From: Wigglesworthia glossinidia endosymbiont of Glossina morsitans morsitans (Yale colony)
Lineage (GTDB): Bacteria > Pseudomonadota > Gammaproteobacteria > Enterobacterales > Enterobacteriaceae
NCBI RefSeq assembly: GCF_000247565.1
Contig: NC_016893.1
Span: 630,001-662,000 of the forward strand
DNA: 32,000 bases
Direction: 5' to 3'
Of the stretch, positions 29,937 through 32,000 are shown one piece after another. The notes beneath the pieces are model-generated. The model had not been told where the DNA came from. It saw nothing but the letters and a program-made list of their open reading frames with translations, and ran no database searches. Made by a program: the position numbers and the translations under genes. Numbering within the stretch: the stretch's first letter is position 1; every line of letters begins with the position of its first letter.

Positions 29937-32000
29937 ATGAATGCTGAGCATTCCCAAAAAATAGATATTCCAGTACTTCCATTAAGAGATGTAGTCGTAT
30001 ATCCACACATGGTAGTACCACTTTTTGTAGGAAGAGAGAAATCGATTCGTTGCCTCGAAATTTCTATGGAAAGAGATAAAAAAATTATGTTAATTGCGCA
30101 GAAAGAAGCTTCAAAAGATGAACCGAACATTGACGATCTTTTCTTGGTTGGTACTATTTCTTCTGTACTTCAAATGCTTAAACTACCTGATGGAACCGTA
30201 AAAGTACTAGTAGAAGGATTATCTCGAGCGAGTATTATTAATTTAAAAGATAATGGAGATTATTTTTCTGCAGAAATAAATTATTTTGTGATTACTGTTT
30301 CAGATAGTCGAGAACAAGAAGTATTAGTACGAGCTGCAATTAATCAGTTTGAAAATTACATTAAGTTAAATAAAAAAATTCCGCCTGAAGTTTTAACTTC
30401 GCTAAATAACATTAACGATCCAGCAAGATTAGCAGATACTATTGCCGCTCATATGCCATTAAAACTATCAGGAAAACAAACCGTATTAGAAATGACTAGT
30501 ATTACAGAAAGACTAGAATATCTTATGGCTATGATGGAATCAGAAATAGATTTATTGCAGATAGAAAAAAGAATTCGTAATCGAGTAAAAAAACAAATGG
30601 AGAAAAGTCAAAGAGAATATTATCTTAATGAACAAATGAAAGCTATACAAAAAGAACTAGGAGAAATAGAAGATACTCCAGATGAACATGAATCTTTAAG
30701 ATTAAAAATTAAATCAGCTAAAATGCCTAAAGAAGCTTTACAAAAAACAGAATCTGAATTAAAAAAATTAAAAATGATGTCTCCAATGTCAGCGGAAGCC
30801 ACAGTGGTACGCGGATATATTGATTGGATGTTATCTATACCTTGGAATACTCGTAGTAAAGTGAAAAAAAATTTAGTTATCGCTCAAAATACTCTTGACG
30901 AAGATCATTATGGATTAAAAAGAGTAAAAGATCGTATATTAGAATACTTAGCAGTGCAAAGTAGAATTTCAAAAATAAAAGGACCTATTTTATGTTTAAT
31001 GGGACCTCCAGGAGTAGGAAAAACTTCCTTAGGAAAATCTATTGCAAGAGCTACAGGAAGAAAATATATCCGTATGGCATTAGGCGGCATTCGTGATGAA
31101 GCAGAAATTCGCGGGCATCGAAGAACTTATATCGGCTCTATGCCAGGAAAAATTATTCAAAAAATGTCTAAAGTTGGAGTAAAAAATCCTTTATTTTTAT
31201 TAGATGAAATTGATAAAATTTCTACAGATATGCGAGGAGATCCAGCTTCAGCATTATTAGAAGTTTTAGATCCAGAACAAAATGTTGCATTCAATGATCA
31301 TTACTTAGAAGTAGATTATGATTTGTCAGATGTGATGTTTGTTGCCACATCTAATTCTATGCGTATTCCAGCAGCATTATTAGATCGTATGGAAGTAATT
31401 CGATTGTCTAGTTATACTGAAGATGAAAAACTAAATATTGCAAGAAAACATTTATTACCAAAACAAGTGCACCGTAATGCTCTTAAAAAAAATGAGTTGT
31501 GCATCGAAGATAATGCGCTTATGGGAATTATTCAATACTATACTAGAGAAGCAGGTGTAAGAAATTTAGAAAGAGAAATTTCTAAATTATGTCGAAAATC
31601 TGTTAAAATGATTTTAATGGATAAAGATATTAGTAGAATTCATATAAATAAAAAAAATTTAAAAAAATTTCTTGGAGTAAAACGATTTGATTATGGAAAA
31701 GCTGAAGAAAAAAATAGAATTGGTCAAGTTGTAGGGTTAGCTTGGACAGAAGTTGGCGGTGATTTATTAACAATAGAAACTGCTTGTGTTTCTGGAAAAG
31801 GAAAACTGACTTATACTGGATCTTTAGGAGAGGTTATGCAAGAATCTATTCAAGCAGCACTGACAGTAGTACGTGCTAGAGCAAATAAACTAGGTATAAA
31901 ACCAGACTTTTATGAAAAGCACGATATTCATGTGCACGTTCCAGAAGGCGCTACTCCCAAAGATGGTCCAAGTGCAGGAATAGCAATGTGTACTGCATTA
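29937..32000 (+). CDS. lon: Lon protease, 3' truncated by window end
   Basis: Absent from the ORF track. Frame from ATG 29937 reads [41 protein letters not shown]..., with [19 protein letters not shown] and DEIDKIS, and stays open exactly 688 codons to ...[10 protein letters not shown] at 32000. Confidence 0.96.
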   Translation, partial: MNAEHSQKIDIPVLPLRDVVVYPHMVVPLFVGREKSIRCLEISMERDKKIMLIAQKEASKDEPNIDDLFLVGTISSVLQMLKLPDGTVKVLVEGLSRASIINLKDNGDYFSAEINYFVITVSDSREQEVLVRAAINQFENYIKLNKKIPPEVLTSLNNINDPARLADTIAAHMPLKLSGKQTVLEMTSITERLEYLMAMMESEIDLLQIEKRIRNRVKKQMEKSQREYYLNEQMKAIQKELGEIEDTPDEHESLRLKIKSAKMPKEALQKTESELKKLKMMSPMSAEATVVRGYIDWMLSIPWNTRSKVKKNLVIAQNTLDEDHYGLKRVKDRILEYLAVQSRISKIKGPILCLMGPPGVGKTSLGKSIARATGRKYIRMALGGIRDEAEIRGHRRTYIGSMPGKIIQKMSKVGVKNPLFLLDEIDKISTDMRGDPASALLEVLDPEQNVAFNDHYLEVDYDLSDVMFVATSNSMRIPAALLDRMEVIRLSSYTEDEKLNIARKHLLPKQVHRNALKKNELCIEDNALMGIIQYYTREAGVRNLEREISKLCRKSVKMILMDKDISRIHINKKNLKKFLGVKRFDYGKAEEKNRIGQVVGLAWTEVGGDLLTIETACVSGKGKLTYTGSLGEVMQESIQAALTVVRARANKLGIKPDFYEKHDIHVHVPEGATPKDGPSAGIAMCTAL

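Noticed and set aside
1-32000. Search for CRISPR arrays, transposons, toxin-antitoxin or defence modules
   Set aside because: No regularly spaced repeats, transposase motifs or terminal inverted repeats were seen. Almost all coding capacity is explained by conserved housekeeping genes.

Overview
The window is AT-rich and gene-dense, and reads as the reduced genome of an enterobacterial (Buchnera-like) obligate insect endosymbiont. This placement rests on protein content, an E. coli-like gene order with many deletions, and extreme A+T bias; I cannot name the species. In order I recognise purA (5' partial), rlmB, cspE, lipA, lipB, dacA, mrdB, mrdA, nadD, holA, lptE, leuS, rsmE, gshB, ruvX, engB, arnT, arnD, arnA, arnC, nadA, yajR-like, bolA, tig, clpP, clpX and lon (3' partial). 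No mobile element, CRISPR array, rRNA or convincing tRNA was seen, and I found no evidence of a new defence or effector system. The most notable signals are: (1) two essential-type genes, mrdA and engB, each broken by a one-base deficit in an A9/A10 homopolymer, where adding one A restores full-length, gap-free similarity to E. coli (polymerase slippage rescue or assembly error); (2) ruvX is intact but has no ATG/GTG/TTG start; (3) a tightly coupled arnC-A-D-T lipid A modification cluster lacks arnB, arnE and arnF; (4) the LeuRS editing-domain motifs appear degraded; (5) cspE has a likely extended -10 promoter followed by a 5'-terminal hairpin.
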